From: Mobula hypostoma
Lineage: Eukaryota
Length of the DNA: 64,000 bases
Direction of reading: 5' to 3'
Assembly (NCBI RefSeq): GCF_963921235.1
Contig: NC_086097.1
Location: forward strand, 62,560,001 to 62,624,000
The translations under genes and the position numbers were made by a program. The notes under the pieces were generated by a model, which saw only the letters and a program-made list of their open reading frames with translations, searched no databases and was not told the origin of the DNA. This document shows, in pieces, positions 1 to 12,014 of the stretch. Position 1 is the first letter of the stretch. Every line of letters begins with the position of its first letter.

Positions 1-594
1 CTATGAAATGCACACATGGGAAGCACACTTTTAATATCCCACAACAGGATCCCTACAAGACAACTGTTATAAAATTGACTAGATAATTATCTTGAACATT
101 ACCTAAGAACCCATAGGAAGCATTTTTATAATCTGGAAAAGGAGAGAACAAGGGGAAAATTCTTAAAGTAGGCCACCTACTGATTTTATTAAAAGATGCA
201 TAGATGGTTGTTAAGGGAATAGAGTAATATTGAAAAAACTGCCAAGAGTATCACAGGGATATTTCCATCTATAGAAACTCAAGAGATGAGTCTGAAGCCT
301 ACTGCTACCATTAGTTGAACCACTATTTGTTTTAAAGAAAAGGAGAAATAACACTGAAATAGAAGTTTTACTGACTACAAGTGCTGATCATGATTCTTTT
401 ACAATATTTTTCATTCTGTAATATTAACTACATAGCGTGTATGGACTTGTTCAAGCCAAGGCAATGATCATATTGAGGGTGTAAGTAATATCAGAATGAA
501 GAATTTCTCCGAGGTTTACAATTAAATGTTTCATTTTATCCACTGAAAACATATAGGATTTCTAGATAATACCTAAATAGTACCTAAATATTTT

Positions 595-1105
595 ACTGAC
601 CTCTCATCTTAAACTCAAGTCCTACTGTTGTACCTCTGATATGGAAAGAAGTTACCTACATTCTACTAGATCTGTACCCCTCATAAGATTTTAATATATC
701 TACGCTCCTCAAAAACTATATGTTCCTCTTGACTTTCTCTGCTCCAGTGAAAGGAAATCTAGCCTCTCCAGACTCTACTCACACTTGAAATGCACAATCC
801 CAAGCAATATTTCCGAACTACTTATTTCAACTTAAATATTTAATAAACATATATATATACTTATTGTAATTCAGGTTTTTTTCTATATATTTATTTATCA
901 TGTATTTCATCGTACTGCCGACACAAAAACAACATATTTCATGGCATATGCCGGTGATATTACACCTAATTCTGATATCCTGGTCCATCTGTGACCTCTC
1001 CAGCAGTATCACATCCATCCAATAATGTAGTGATCAGAACCACGTGCACTACTTCAGCTGAGATCAGACCAATAGGTTATGAAGTGGGGGCACAATGACC
1101 CTGCT
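595..1105 (-). mobile_element. Old decayed CR1 LINE 3' fragments, interrupted by a short + strand Rex1-type 3' tail (~885-976)
   Basis: Diverged similarity to the minus-strand CR1 3' region at 9250-9550. The insert ends GCCGGTGATATTACACCTAATTCTGA, like the Rex1 tail at 43250-43287. Confidence 0.5.
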
Positions 1106-1689
1106 TTTGTTTTCAATGTTCTTTTTCAGAATGGTTGCATGTGACAAATGGCAACAAACAAGGCCGTTCCCCAATCTTATTCTGTACAGATGTGTGGAAT
1201 AGGTATTGTTATAGAAACTGCATTTGTCTGGTTCTAAACTAGTTTTAGAAACTCCAGTTGCACACCATTTTGATATGTCAAAGAAAAATAATAAGCAATA
1301 TCATATTATCACAGTATATGTGATGTTAGTAGAAACTTCCTCCAACTAAAGAAAAATGGATAAAGGCTTTTGTCAATAGATTCTTCTCAGAGCCACAGCT
1401 ATGCACTACATTTTAATCAACTAATTCATCAAAACTCAACTTTCTGGCATTATTTATACCACTTCTGATACACTTTGTATAAGATGAACCAAGCATTGGG
1501 ACAAATTTTTGCAGATAATTTAAAAGTGTAATTATATTTTCCATTTTTTTTGAAGGAAGTGATTTTAAAATGACAATATAAAAGAGTACAGAATATTTTG
1601 CATTAGAGTTGAACTCTTGACTGGAAATAAATATGGACCATAAATGGGACACCATAGCTTAGAAACTGGATAAATTTGCTTTAGTATCT

Positions 1690-2030
1690 ATCTATCTATT
1701 CATTTGTTTGTATATTTGTTTGTTTATTTATTCATTCATTCATTCAATTATTTAGAGAGACAGTGCAGAACAAGTTCTTCAGGCTCAATGAGCTGCACTA
1801 CTCAGCAACCCACCCATTTAACCCTTGATTAATCACAGGACAGTTTACAATGAACAACTAACCTACCAACTGGTATGTCTTTGGAATGTAAAAGGAAACC
1901 AGATCACCCTGAGGAAACCCATCTGTTCATGGGGAGGACGTACAAACTCGTTACAGATGGCGTCAGAATTGAAGTCTGAACTCTGACACCCTGAACTTTT
2001 AAGGCAGCGCATTAACTGCTATGCTGTTGA
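1690..2030 (-). mobile_element. V-SINE (HE1-like) tRNA-derived SINE
   Basis: Reverse V-domain core CTTTGGAATGTAAAAGGAAACCAGATCACCCTGAGGAAACCC...GGGGAGGACGTACAAACTC and a (TTTA/TTCA)n tail on the left. Related to copies at 21070 and 59135. Confidence 0.7.
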
Positions 2031-2514
2031 AGCAATTGGACCCAAATTACATTGCACTCATCAAGAAATTGGAGCGGGGCATACATGGACTAGTCCTGTA
2101 GTATATCTGGCATTTTTCTTTCTTTACACATGCATCTATTAAGCATGTTTTGTTGAACAGTTATGGTACAGCTCTGTCCACATTGTGCTACCTTGACGCA
2201 TATATTTAAAGGGGCTGTCTGCTAATATCAGGACCCCTGATATTAGGCGGCATCAGAACTGAACATGGACTGCTAAAACATCACCCACAGATCACATACT
2301 GAGCTACATCTAACAAACAGTATTTAATTTAACATATTCATTCAGTGGGTACCCCAGTGTTAGAATTCCATGAATGGAAGTATCATTTATGTTAATGACT
2401 GAACCTGCAGCATAAGTCAGGAAGCTCAAGACAATCATGTTCATCTGTGATGAGCCGAAGTTACATTTTACTCCATCTGGTCCAATTCATTGGGCACTGT
2501 GTTGGATTGTAATA

Positions 2515-4144
2515 CAGGTGTCCCCTGTTTTTCGAACGTTCGCTTTACGAAACCTCACTGTTACGAAAGACCTACATTAGTACCCTGTTTACACTTTCAG
2601 AAGGTGTTTTCACTGTTACGAAGAAAGGCAGCGTGCGATAAAAAATCAGCATGTGAAAAAATCAGCGTGCGATAAAATCAGCGTGCAATAAAAGGCAGCG
2701 TGCGCCCCGAGCAGCCGCTCCGCCCCGGATTCGGAACGGCGTTGCTGAAACACATTGCATTGAGCAGCCGTTAGCAAGATGAGTTCTAAGGTGTCGGAAA
2801 AGCCTGGAAGAGCTCATAAGGGTGTTACACTTAGCGTAAAACTAGACATAATTAAGTGTTTCAATCGTGGTGAACCAAGCAAGGACAAAGTGAGTTTGGC
2901 TTGTGGAAGTTGACGAAGATGATGTTGAAGAGGTTTTGGCATCCCATGACCAAGAACTGATAGATGAAGAGCTGATGCAATTGGAAGAGGAAAGGATAAC
3001 AATCGAAACCGAATGCAGAAGGTGAAGCAACTGCGTGAGATCTTCGCTGCAATGATGAAGTACGACTTTAATCTTGAAAGGGTACGTAGGTTTAGGGGAT
3101 ATTTGCAGGATGGTTTGAGTGCTTACAAACAACTGTATGATAGAAAAATGCGTGAGGTTCAGCAGTCAAGCAAGCCTTCCACATCAGCCACAGCAGACTA
3201 TGAAACTCGACCTTCGTCATCGAGACGGGCAGTCATAAGAGAAGATGAACTGCCTGCCCTGATCAATGATGATATGACACCCCCGTGTCCCACCACCCCA
3301 ACACGCGGGCCCCAGACAGATACTGTACTGATTCGCAAAGAACGCAGCAGTAGCTGGGAGGCACACAGCACATCTTTAAGAAAAAAATGGAATAAACATG
3401 CTAATTAATTAGGTGCCGCTGACACGTAATTGTCGACCCAGATCAGTGCCGATTTCTGATTGCATCGCCTCTGATCTGGGCCGACAATTACGTGTCAGTG
3501 GCACCTAATTAATTAGCATGTTTATTTCGGCTTTTTTCTTAACGATGTGCTGTGTGCCTCCCAGCTACTGCTACATTCTTCGCGGCAATGTATCGGGTCG
3601 GCGGCCCGGAGGGTGGGGGTCACTGCACCACCCAGCCTGCGATGACTCAGTCTAACATACCATCATCAGTGTGCTCGGCGCTGTTTTCCCAATTCCGGTA
3701 AGTGATACTACACTGTACATACATTATTTCTACTTTATATAGGCTGTGTATTTTTACGTGTTATTTGGTAGATTTGTGAGCTTCATAGTTTAAAGGTTAC
3801 TGGAGAGCGCGTTTATGTCAACAGCGCTTGCATGAGGTTTTCTGCTGAGAGCGCTTGCATGAGATTTTCGCTACGGAGATCTGTGCAGGCAATCATTGTA
3901 GAGAAGTATTTCTACTTTATATAGGCTGTGTATTTATCATATCATTCCTGCTTTTACTATATGTTACTGTTATTTTAGGTTTTATGTGTTATTTGGCATG
4001 ATTTGGTAGGTTATTTTTGGGTCTGCGAACGCTCACAAAATTTTCCTATGTAAGTAAATGGTAATTGCTTCTTTGCTTTACGACATTTCAGCTTACGAAC
4101 CATTTCATAGGAACGCTCTATCTTCGGATGGCGGGGGAAACCTG
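2515..4144 (+). mobile_element. Non-autonomous, internally deleted Tigger/pogo DNA transposon, copy 1 (1630 bp)
   Basis: TA at 2513-14 and 4145-46. Imperfect TIRs CAGGTGTCCCCTGTTTTTCGAA / reverse-complement CAGGTTTCCCCCGCCATCCGAA. ATG at 2779 gives an HTH-psq-like start (GVTLSVKLDIIKCFNRGE) joined to the acidic Tigger C-terminus (EVDEDDVEEVLASHDQELIDEELMQLEEE); no DDE core. Second copy at 16050-17689. Confidence 0.9.
3290..3620. repeat. Long inverted repeat (about 120-150 bp arms, about 24 nt loop) inside Tigger copy 1
   Basis: GTAGCTGGGAGGCACACAGCACATC...AATAAACATGCTAATTAATTAGGTGCC...CAGATCAG pairs with CTGATCTG...GGCACCTAATTAATTAGCATGTTTATT...GATGTGCTGTGTGCCTCCCAGCTAC. Confidence 0.9.
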
Positions 4145-4677
4145 TAACCCCAGCCTGTGACCTGTTCTTGCTGTTTGTACCATCCCTGCATCCACACAAA
4201 AATTTTGTACCTAGAATAAAATTGAAGGGCCTCAGTTCAACAAATTAGGGAACACCCGTGCATTAGTGGTCCGGGAAGAAGTGAAAGGTTAGGCATTTGT
4301 GAATCTGCTCTCCAGCATGGCCTTGAATTGTGTATTCACAGAAACCAGGGTAAGCCTGGTTGAAGGAGATTTCAAATGTCTCCTCTGGGTGTGAAGATCT
4401 CCTCTTAGTCAAGCAATGCAGAAATAAATTTCATGTTATCATACTCTGACCTGCCCATCACTGTAGGCAACTATGTTGAGCCATTTCCATGAATGCATCA
4501 GGAATTTATTCATTCATTTGTTACTAAAAGTTTGTAGAATCAGCTGATTTATGGTGAGCCGTACTAATGCTAAAAGCTGGCACTTAGAGAGTGCCATTTG
4601 TCAGATGAGGATCTTTGTTTTATCAGGCCTTTCACTTCCAGGTAGCCAATGATATTTCCCTTAGCGATTGTATAAGG

Positions 4678-5205
4678 CCATGAGACCCACAGACATTGGT
4701 GCAGAATTAGGTTATTCAGCCCATCGAGTCTGCTCTGCCTTCCCGGAATGGCCACTTTATTATCCCTCTCAACTCTATTCTCCTTCTTTCTTCCCATAAT
4801 CTTTGACACCCTTACTAATCAAAAACCTATCAACCTCCACTTTAAGTATACCCAACGACTTGGCCTCAACTGCCATTTATAGCAATGAATTCCATATATC
4901 CACAACCTTTTGGCTTAAGAAGTTCCACCTCATCTCTGTTCTAATGGGACATACTTCTATTCTGATGCTGTGCCCTCTGGTCTTAGAGTCTACCACTACA
5001 GGAAACTTCTACTCCACGTCCACTCTATCAAGGCCTTTCAACGTTCGATTAATTTCAGTGAGATCCTCCCATCATGCTTCTAATCTCCAGCAAGTACAGG
5101 CTCCTAACATGTTAGCCCTTGTATTCCTGGGATCATGCTTCTAAACATCTCTGATGCCAGCACATCCTTTCATAGATAAAGGGATCAATACTGCTCACAA
5201 TACTA
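4678..5205 (-). mobile_element. CR1 LINE 3' fragment
   Basis: GCAGAATTAGGTTATTCAGCCCATCGAGTCTGCTC 3'-UTR motif followed by antisense RT C-terminal sequence. Same family as 28258, 7315 and 58515. Confidence 0.8.
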
Positions 5206-5914
5206 CAGTTTTGACACTTCATATTTTTTTGTTTTATCAGCAATCGGGCTTTATGGTATGACTGTGAATTTTATTAGGAGCCAGGGAAGTAGAGAATGGC
5301 CCCCATCCAGCACGGTTTTCCTCCAAGTCATACTGGTGCAGAAAATCTCAGGCCATTTGGTCTCCCTGAGGATGAACATGAGTTTCCCAGAAACTTTGCT
5401 TTCACCACCAGAAAAACCTTTGATGACCTATACCCAACTGAAATTTGTGGAAGTAGAAATCCTTCCTATTGGGAAGAGCTTCTGGCTGTTAATGGTAACC
5501 ATTATGGAATTGTGGCAGGGCCTGAAGGGGAAACTGGAGTTCTGATCATCCACCATCCATCCATTCCCCTTTCCTGGTCTTCTCTATACTTCAAGATAAT
5601 GCATGAAGAGCTTGTGAAGTATAAATATACAATTAACTAAAGCGTGCAAATTATGTGTGCAAATGCTTTATTTTCCAATATATGTGTTGTTATTTGGTGT
5701 ACATACACAATCTATGAGACAATGCCTGTTTAGCTACTTCCCTTCATATACCATTACATTGAGGTTTCTGTCAGCATTTGCCAAGTTTGTAAATTGCCTT
5801 CTGTAAATATATCTTTTTGGAGTAATACTGATGATAAAGCAATCATTGTAGTAAATGTTTTTAGTTGTAACTGGATACCATACCAAACATTTGGCATAGT
5901 GTACACTTCTAGAA

Positions 5915-6750
5915 GCATTACAATCACAATCAAAGGACAGAAACTACAGGCAGTTGACGAGTTTACGGACCATGGCAGCACCCTCTCCCGAGCAGTGACT
6001 ATCGATACAGAATTTAACTGCAGGATAGCAAAGGCATGTTCTGCTTTCTGTAGACTGTGCTCCAATGTATGGGAATGCCGAGGAATCAGTCCAGCAACAA
6101 AACTGAATGTCTAAGAGCTGTGGTACTCACTACCCTCCTGTATGCCTGTGAAACGTGGACTGTGTATCGAAGGCATGCAAGACAGCTCAATCATTTCTAC
6201 ATGACTTGTCTTCACAGAATATTAGGCATCAGATGGCAGGACAAAGTACCAGTCACTGAAGTTCTCACTAGAGCAAGTCTACCATCAGTCCACACACTGC
6301 TGATGAGAGCACAGACCTGGTGGGCAGATCATGTCATCCGCATGCCGGACAAGCGCATACCCAAGCTGCTCCTTTTTGGGAACTCTCTGCTGGAAGCCAG
6401 AAGAAACATTACAAAGACACACTAAAGGCCTCCTGAAGTTGCTTGACATAGACTCAATCACCTGGGAAACGCTGGCACAAAACTGCCCTACCTGGCGCGG
6501 TCTTATCCACAAGGGCTGTCAAGCTTATAAAGCAAGGCGCATTGCTGAAGTACAACATTAGCGTGAGCTGCGCAAGTCCAGAGCCAGCAGCGCAACAACT
6601 GCAGTGCCTACACACGTCTGCCCAACATGTGCAGGACATTTCGTGCCCAAATTGGCCTGACCAGTCTTCGGACACACCGCAACCTGTCTCAAAGTGACTA
6701 ATGGTATCGAGGTCTTCATCGACGACGATGATGGACGAACAACAAGAAGC
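5915..6750 (+). mobile_element. RTE-clade LINE, 5'-truncated 3' portion
   Basis: Frameshifted RT C-terminus KLQAVDEFT.GSTLSRAVTID...RIAKACSAF...RAVVLTTLLYACETWTVYRRHARQLNHF...IRWQDKV, a terminal C-x2-C motif, and a short (ACA/AGA) tail. Confidence 0.9.
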
Positions 6751-7314
6751 ATTACACAACACCACCAATATTTCATAATCTATGGAAAATAAACTGGATT
6801 TTAAACTGTGTAACAATTAGACTGGCCTGATAAGGTTTTCTCTTTGGCTTCATTTCACCCTATAACACCACAGAAACAGTGAATTGTGACCTGAGATCCG
6901 TTCTACCAATTGCATTTTTCTCTGTTTCATTAATAACAGAGGAATTTCTTTGAAGAAATATAATTAAAATACATAACTGTGCAAGCTTAGCAATAAACTG
7001 GGAGACAGGGATTCAATTAATACATTAATTACCCATCTCACAGGATACGGCAATATAATCCTATATGAAATTGTTTAATAGTCAAATGTTATTATTCATT
7101 GAATAATAAAGGAGCCATTTTTTTTAATCTTAGGTAATCACTTTGTTTGCAATCTGTTTTGTACAGTATGGTTTAATAATTGCTATTTAGGAGTTTAAGT
7201 TATTTCGATGAATATACTGATAACAATCATTAAATATCTGTTTGGAAACACTGGGCCAAGTTCCAACTGATGTGTGCAGTTACAACATAAATCAATAGAG
7301 GGATACCTTCTCTA

Positions 7315-7895
7315 GTCTGTGTATCCTGGCCTCACTTGGAGAATTCTGAGCAGTTTTAAGCTCCTTATCTAAGAAAGGATATGCTGACCTTGGAGAGGGT
7401 GCAAAGGGAGTTCATGAAAATGTTGCCAGGATTGAAAGTTTTGTCATATGAAGAGCACTTCATAGCTCTGGGCTTCTACTCACTGGAATTCAGAAGAATA
7501 AGGGTGACCTCATTGAAACCTATTGAATGGTGAAACGCCTCGATAAAAGTGGAAGTGGAGAGGATGTTTCCTATGCTGGAGAGTCTAAGACCAGAGAACA
7601 CAGCTTCAGAGTAGAGGGGCATCCTTTCAGAATGGAAATGAGAAGGAATTTCTTTAGCCAGAGAATGCTGCATCTGTAGAATTTGTTGCAAACAGTGAGT
7701 GGAGGCCAGGTCATTGGGTATATTTAAGGCAGACGTTGGTAAGTTCTTAATTAGTCAGGGCATGAAATGATACGTTGAGAAGACAGGAGATTGGGGCTGA
7801 GAGGGAAAATGGATCAGCCATAATGAAATGCAGAAGTAGACTCGATGGACCAAATGGCCTAATTCTGCTCCTATGTCTCATGCTCTTACGTCTTA
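7315..7895 (+). mobile_element. Decayed CR1 LINE 3' fragment
   Basis: RPHLE...LERVQ.EF..MLPG...GFYSLEFRR remnants; ends AAATGGCCTAATTCTGCTCCTATGTCTCATG. Confidence 0.8.
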
Positions 7896-9002
7896 CAGAA
7901 TGATAAATAATTTGTATCTCGGTTCTGATAGAAATAGGAACCAGAAAAAAAAATCCTCTCCATAAATTAATATTTAATCAAATAATTAATATTTGATAAC
8001 AAGGTTTTGGTGAGCAGTTTGTACATCAGATTAAGACTAATAGATTTGTAAACTGTAAACATGAAGAAGATACAGAACATCCAAAAGTACAGCACAGGAA
8101 CGGGCCCTTTGGCCCATCATGTCTGTAACCGACCATGATACTGATCTGAACTGATTGTAGGATTCCAAGAGTTTTGATATCATGTGAACCCCACATATAA
8201 TACCAATAACACAAACAATGCCAAAATCAAGATTCAGGCTATGTCCACACTAGACCAGATAATCTTCAAAAAGCTGGTTTCGAGTAAAAACGGCAGGCGT
8301 CCACACCAAGTGTTTTTCAAAATATCTCCGTCCACATTAGAACGGGTATTTGGCCGAATCTCCTCCTACTGGGCATGCGCAGGACACACAGAAAACAAGC
8401 AAAAAGACAAGGGTATACTTGGTGCGCGTTTGTCTTTAAAGGAACTTTAAAGGAATTGCTGTTGGCTCTAGCGGAGGAGGACTTAAAACTAAAAAAAAAA
8501 CAAATATTGGACCATATGAAGGCAACCGACAGGGAGTTCACGGACAGTATGACCCAGCTGACGATGAACATTGAAAAACCGACTGTTGCATTAATAAAGC
8601 ACCTTATTAAATGTACAAAACATGTCTGCATCTGTGTTATCTTGTATTTCCACACAACGTTACATTAGGCTGTTACACATCTATTGTCAGAGAAGTACTT
8701 GCATAAATAGGTAAACCACCTTCATACAATCAAGGACAGAAAACAGGGCAAAGTGAGTATACTTATTTTTTCAGGAAGTTATGGGTCAAAGTATTTGGTG
8801 AGTACATTTCTAACTCTTCCGGCTTCAGTCTCGTTGCCGTCTGTTCTGAAATTGTTAGGTTGCGTGGGGGGTTGCGTTCATGAAGACAATGAAATGCCGC
8901 ACTGCCGCCATCTGTTCCGGCACGTCATGACAGCGTTTCTAAATAGTCAAAAAAGCTCACTTTATAATTTAACTCTCACGCCGTTCACACCGACTGCGCG
9001 TT

Positions 9003-12000
9003 ATAGAACATAGAACATAGAATAGTACAGCACAGTACAGGCCCTTCGGCCCACAATGTTGTGCCGACACTCAAACCCTGCCTCCCATATAACCCCCCAC
9101 CTTAAATTCCTCCATATACCTGTCTAGTAGTCTCTTAAACTTCACTAGTGTATCTGCCTGCACCACTGACTCAGGCAGTGTATTCCACGCACCAACCACT
9201 CTCTGAGTAAAAAACCTTCCTCTAATATCCCCCTTGAACTTCCCACCCCTTACCTTAAAGCCATGTCCTCTTGTATTGAACAGTGGTGCCGTGGGGAAGA
9301 GGCACTGGCTATCCACTCTATCTATTCCTCTTATTATCTTGTACACCTCTATCGTGTCTCCTCTCATCTTCCTTCTCTCCAAAGAGTAAAGCCCTAGCTC
9401 CCTTAATCTCTGATCATAATCCATACTCTCTAAACCAGGCAGCATCCTGGTAAATCCTTGTACCCTTTCCAATGTTTCCACATCCTTCTTATAGTGAGGC
9501 AACCAGAACTGGACACAGTACTCCAAGTGTGGCCTAACCAGAGTTTTATAGAGCTGCATCTTTACATCGTGACTCTTAAACTCTATCCCTCGACTTATGA
9601 AAGCTAACACCACATAAGCTTTCTTAACTACGCTATCCACCTGTGAGGCAACTGTCAGGGATCTGTGGACATGTACCTGCAGATCCCTCTGTTCCTCCAC
9701 ACTACCAAGTATCCTGCCATTTACTTTGTACACTGCCTTGGAGTTTGTCCTTCCAAAGTGTACCACCTCACACTTCTCCAGGTTGAACTCCATCTGCCAC
9801 TTCTCAGCACACTTCTGCAACCTATCAATGTCTCTCTGCAATCTTCGACAATCCTCTACACTATCTACAACACCACCAACCTTTGTGTCATCTGCAAACT
9901 TGCCAATCCACCCTTCTACCCCCACATCCAGGTCATTAATAAAAATCACAAAAAGTAGCGGTCGCGGAACAGATCCTTGTGGGACACCACTAGTCACTAT
10001 CCTCCAATCTGAATGTACTCCCTCCACCATGACCCTCTGCCTTCTGCAGGCAAACCAATTCTGAATCCACATGGCCAAACTTCCCTGGATCCCATGCCTT
10101 CTGACTTTCTGAATAAGGCTACGGTGTGGAACCTTGTCAAATGTCTTACTAAAATCCATATAGATCACATCGACTGCACTATCCTCATCTATATGTCTGG
10201 TCACCTCCTCAAAGAACTCTATCAGGCTTGTTAGACACGATCTACCCTTCACAAAGCCATGCTGACTGTCCCTGATCAGACCATGATTCTCTAAATGCCC
10301 ATAGATCCTATCTCTAAGAATCTTCTCCAACAGCTTTCCCACCACAGACGTAAGGCTCACTGGTCTATAATTATCTGGACTATCCCTACTACCTTTTTTG
10401 AACAAGGGGACAACATTCGCCTCCCTCCAATCTTCTGGTACCATTCCTGTGGACAATGAGGACATAAAGATCCTAGCCAGAGGCTCAACAATCTCTTCCC
10501 TTGCCTCATGGAGCAGCCTGGGGAATATTCCGTCAGGCCCCGGGGACTTATCCGTCCTAATGCATTTTCACAACTCCAATACCTCATCTCCCTTAATATG
10601 AACATGCTCCAGAACATCAACCTCACTCATATTGTCGTCACCAACATCAAGTTCCCTCTCATTGGTGAATACCGAAAAGAAGTATTCATTGAGGACCTCA
10701 CTCGCTTCCACAGCCTCCAGGCACATCTTCCCATCTTTATCTCTAATTGGTCCTACCTTCACTCCTGTCATCCTTTTTTTCTTCACATAATTGAAGAATG
10801 CCTTGGCGTTTTCCTTTATTCTACTCGCCAAGGCCTTCTCATGCCCCCTTCTTGCTCTTCTCAGCCCCTTCTTAAGCTCCTTTCTTTCTTCCCTATAATC
10901 CTCAATAGACCCATCTGATCCTTGCTTCCTAAACCTCATGTATGCTGCCTTCTTCCACCTGACCAGATTTTCCACCTCACTTGTCACCCATGGTTCCTTC
11001 ACCCTACCATTCTTTATCTTCCTCACCGGGACAAATTTATCCCTAACATCCTGCAAGAGATCGCTAAACATCGACCACATGTCCATAGTACATTTCCCTG
11101 CAAAAACATCATCCCAATTCACATCCGCAAGTTCTAGCCTTATAGCTTCATAATTTGCCCTTCCCCAATTAAAAACTTTCCTGTCCTCTCTGATTCTATC
11201 CTTTTCCATGATAATGCTGAAGGCCAGGGAGCGGTGGTCTCTGTCCCCCAGATGCTCACCCACTGAGAGATCTGTGACCTGACCCAGTTCATTACCTAGT
11301 ACTAGATCTAGTATGACATTCCCCCTGGTCGGTCTGTCCACGTACTGTAACAGGAATCCGTCCTGGACACACTTAACAAACTCTGCCCCATCTAAACCCT
11401 TGGAACTAATCAGGTGCCAATCAATATTAGTGAAGTTAAAATCACCCATGATAACAACCCTGTTATTTTTGCAGATTTCCAAAATCTGCCTCCCAATCTG
11501 CTCCTCTGTATCTCTGCTGCTACCAGGTGCCCTATAGAATACCCCCAATAGAATAACTGCTCCCTTCCTGTTCCTGACTTCCACCCATACTGAATCAAAA
11601 GAGGATCCTGCTACATTATCCACCCTTTCTGTAGCTGTAATAGTATCCCTGACCAGTAATGCCACCCCTCCTCCCGTTTTTCTGCCCTCTCTATCCCTTT
11701 TAAAGCACTGAAATCCAGGAATATTGAGAATCCATTCCTGCCCTGGTGCCAGCCAAGTCTCTGTGATGGCCACTACATCATAATTCCATGTATGTATCCA
11801 AGCTCTCAGTTCATCACCTTTGTTCCTGATGCTTCTTGCATTGAGGTACACACATTTCAGCCCTTCTGCCTTACTACCTTTTCACCGTTTATTCTGCTTC
11901 TCTTTCCTCAAAGCCTCTCTATATGTTAGATCTGGCTTTACTCCATGCACTTCTTTCACTGCTCTATCGCTCTGGGTCCCATCCCCCTTGCAAATTAGTT

Positions 12001-12014
12001 TAAACCCTCCCAAC
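9003..12014 (-). mobile_element. CR1 LINE with essentially complete ORF2 (APE endonuclease + RT), 5'-truncated at the end of ORF1
   Basis: [40 protein letters not shown] and FADD motifs; (TTCTATG)n-type 3' tail at 9003-9022. Confidence 0.95.
9071..12004 (-). pseudogene. CR1 ORF2 (EN-RT), disrupted by at least a TGA at 11884-11882 and a break near 10568
   Basis: ORF track segments 10568..11851 and 9071..10465; the upstream frame continues to 12004. Confidence 0.9.

Noticed and set aside
1130..1202. Possible + strand exon (TTTTCAG|...AG|GTATTG)
   Set aside because: Short, adjoins CR1 debris, and has no recognisable product or consistent partner exon.
2625..2705. Short repeated units (AAAATCAGCGTGCGAT) as a CRISPR-like array
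   Set aside because: No unique spacers; these are subterminal repeats of the Tigger element, present in both copies.
3013..3408. 131-aa and 173-aa (16421-16942) ORFs as a domesticated Tigger gene
   Set aside because: Only the transposase C-terminal remnant running into the palindrome; indels and frames differ between the copies and there is no catalytic domain.
5296..5500. Resemblance of EDEHEFPRNFAFTTRKTFDDL to a Harbinger transposase N-terminus
   Set aside because: Too short and weak; no DDE motifs or TIRs nearby.
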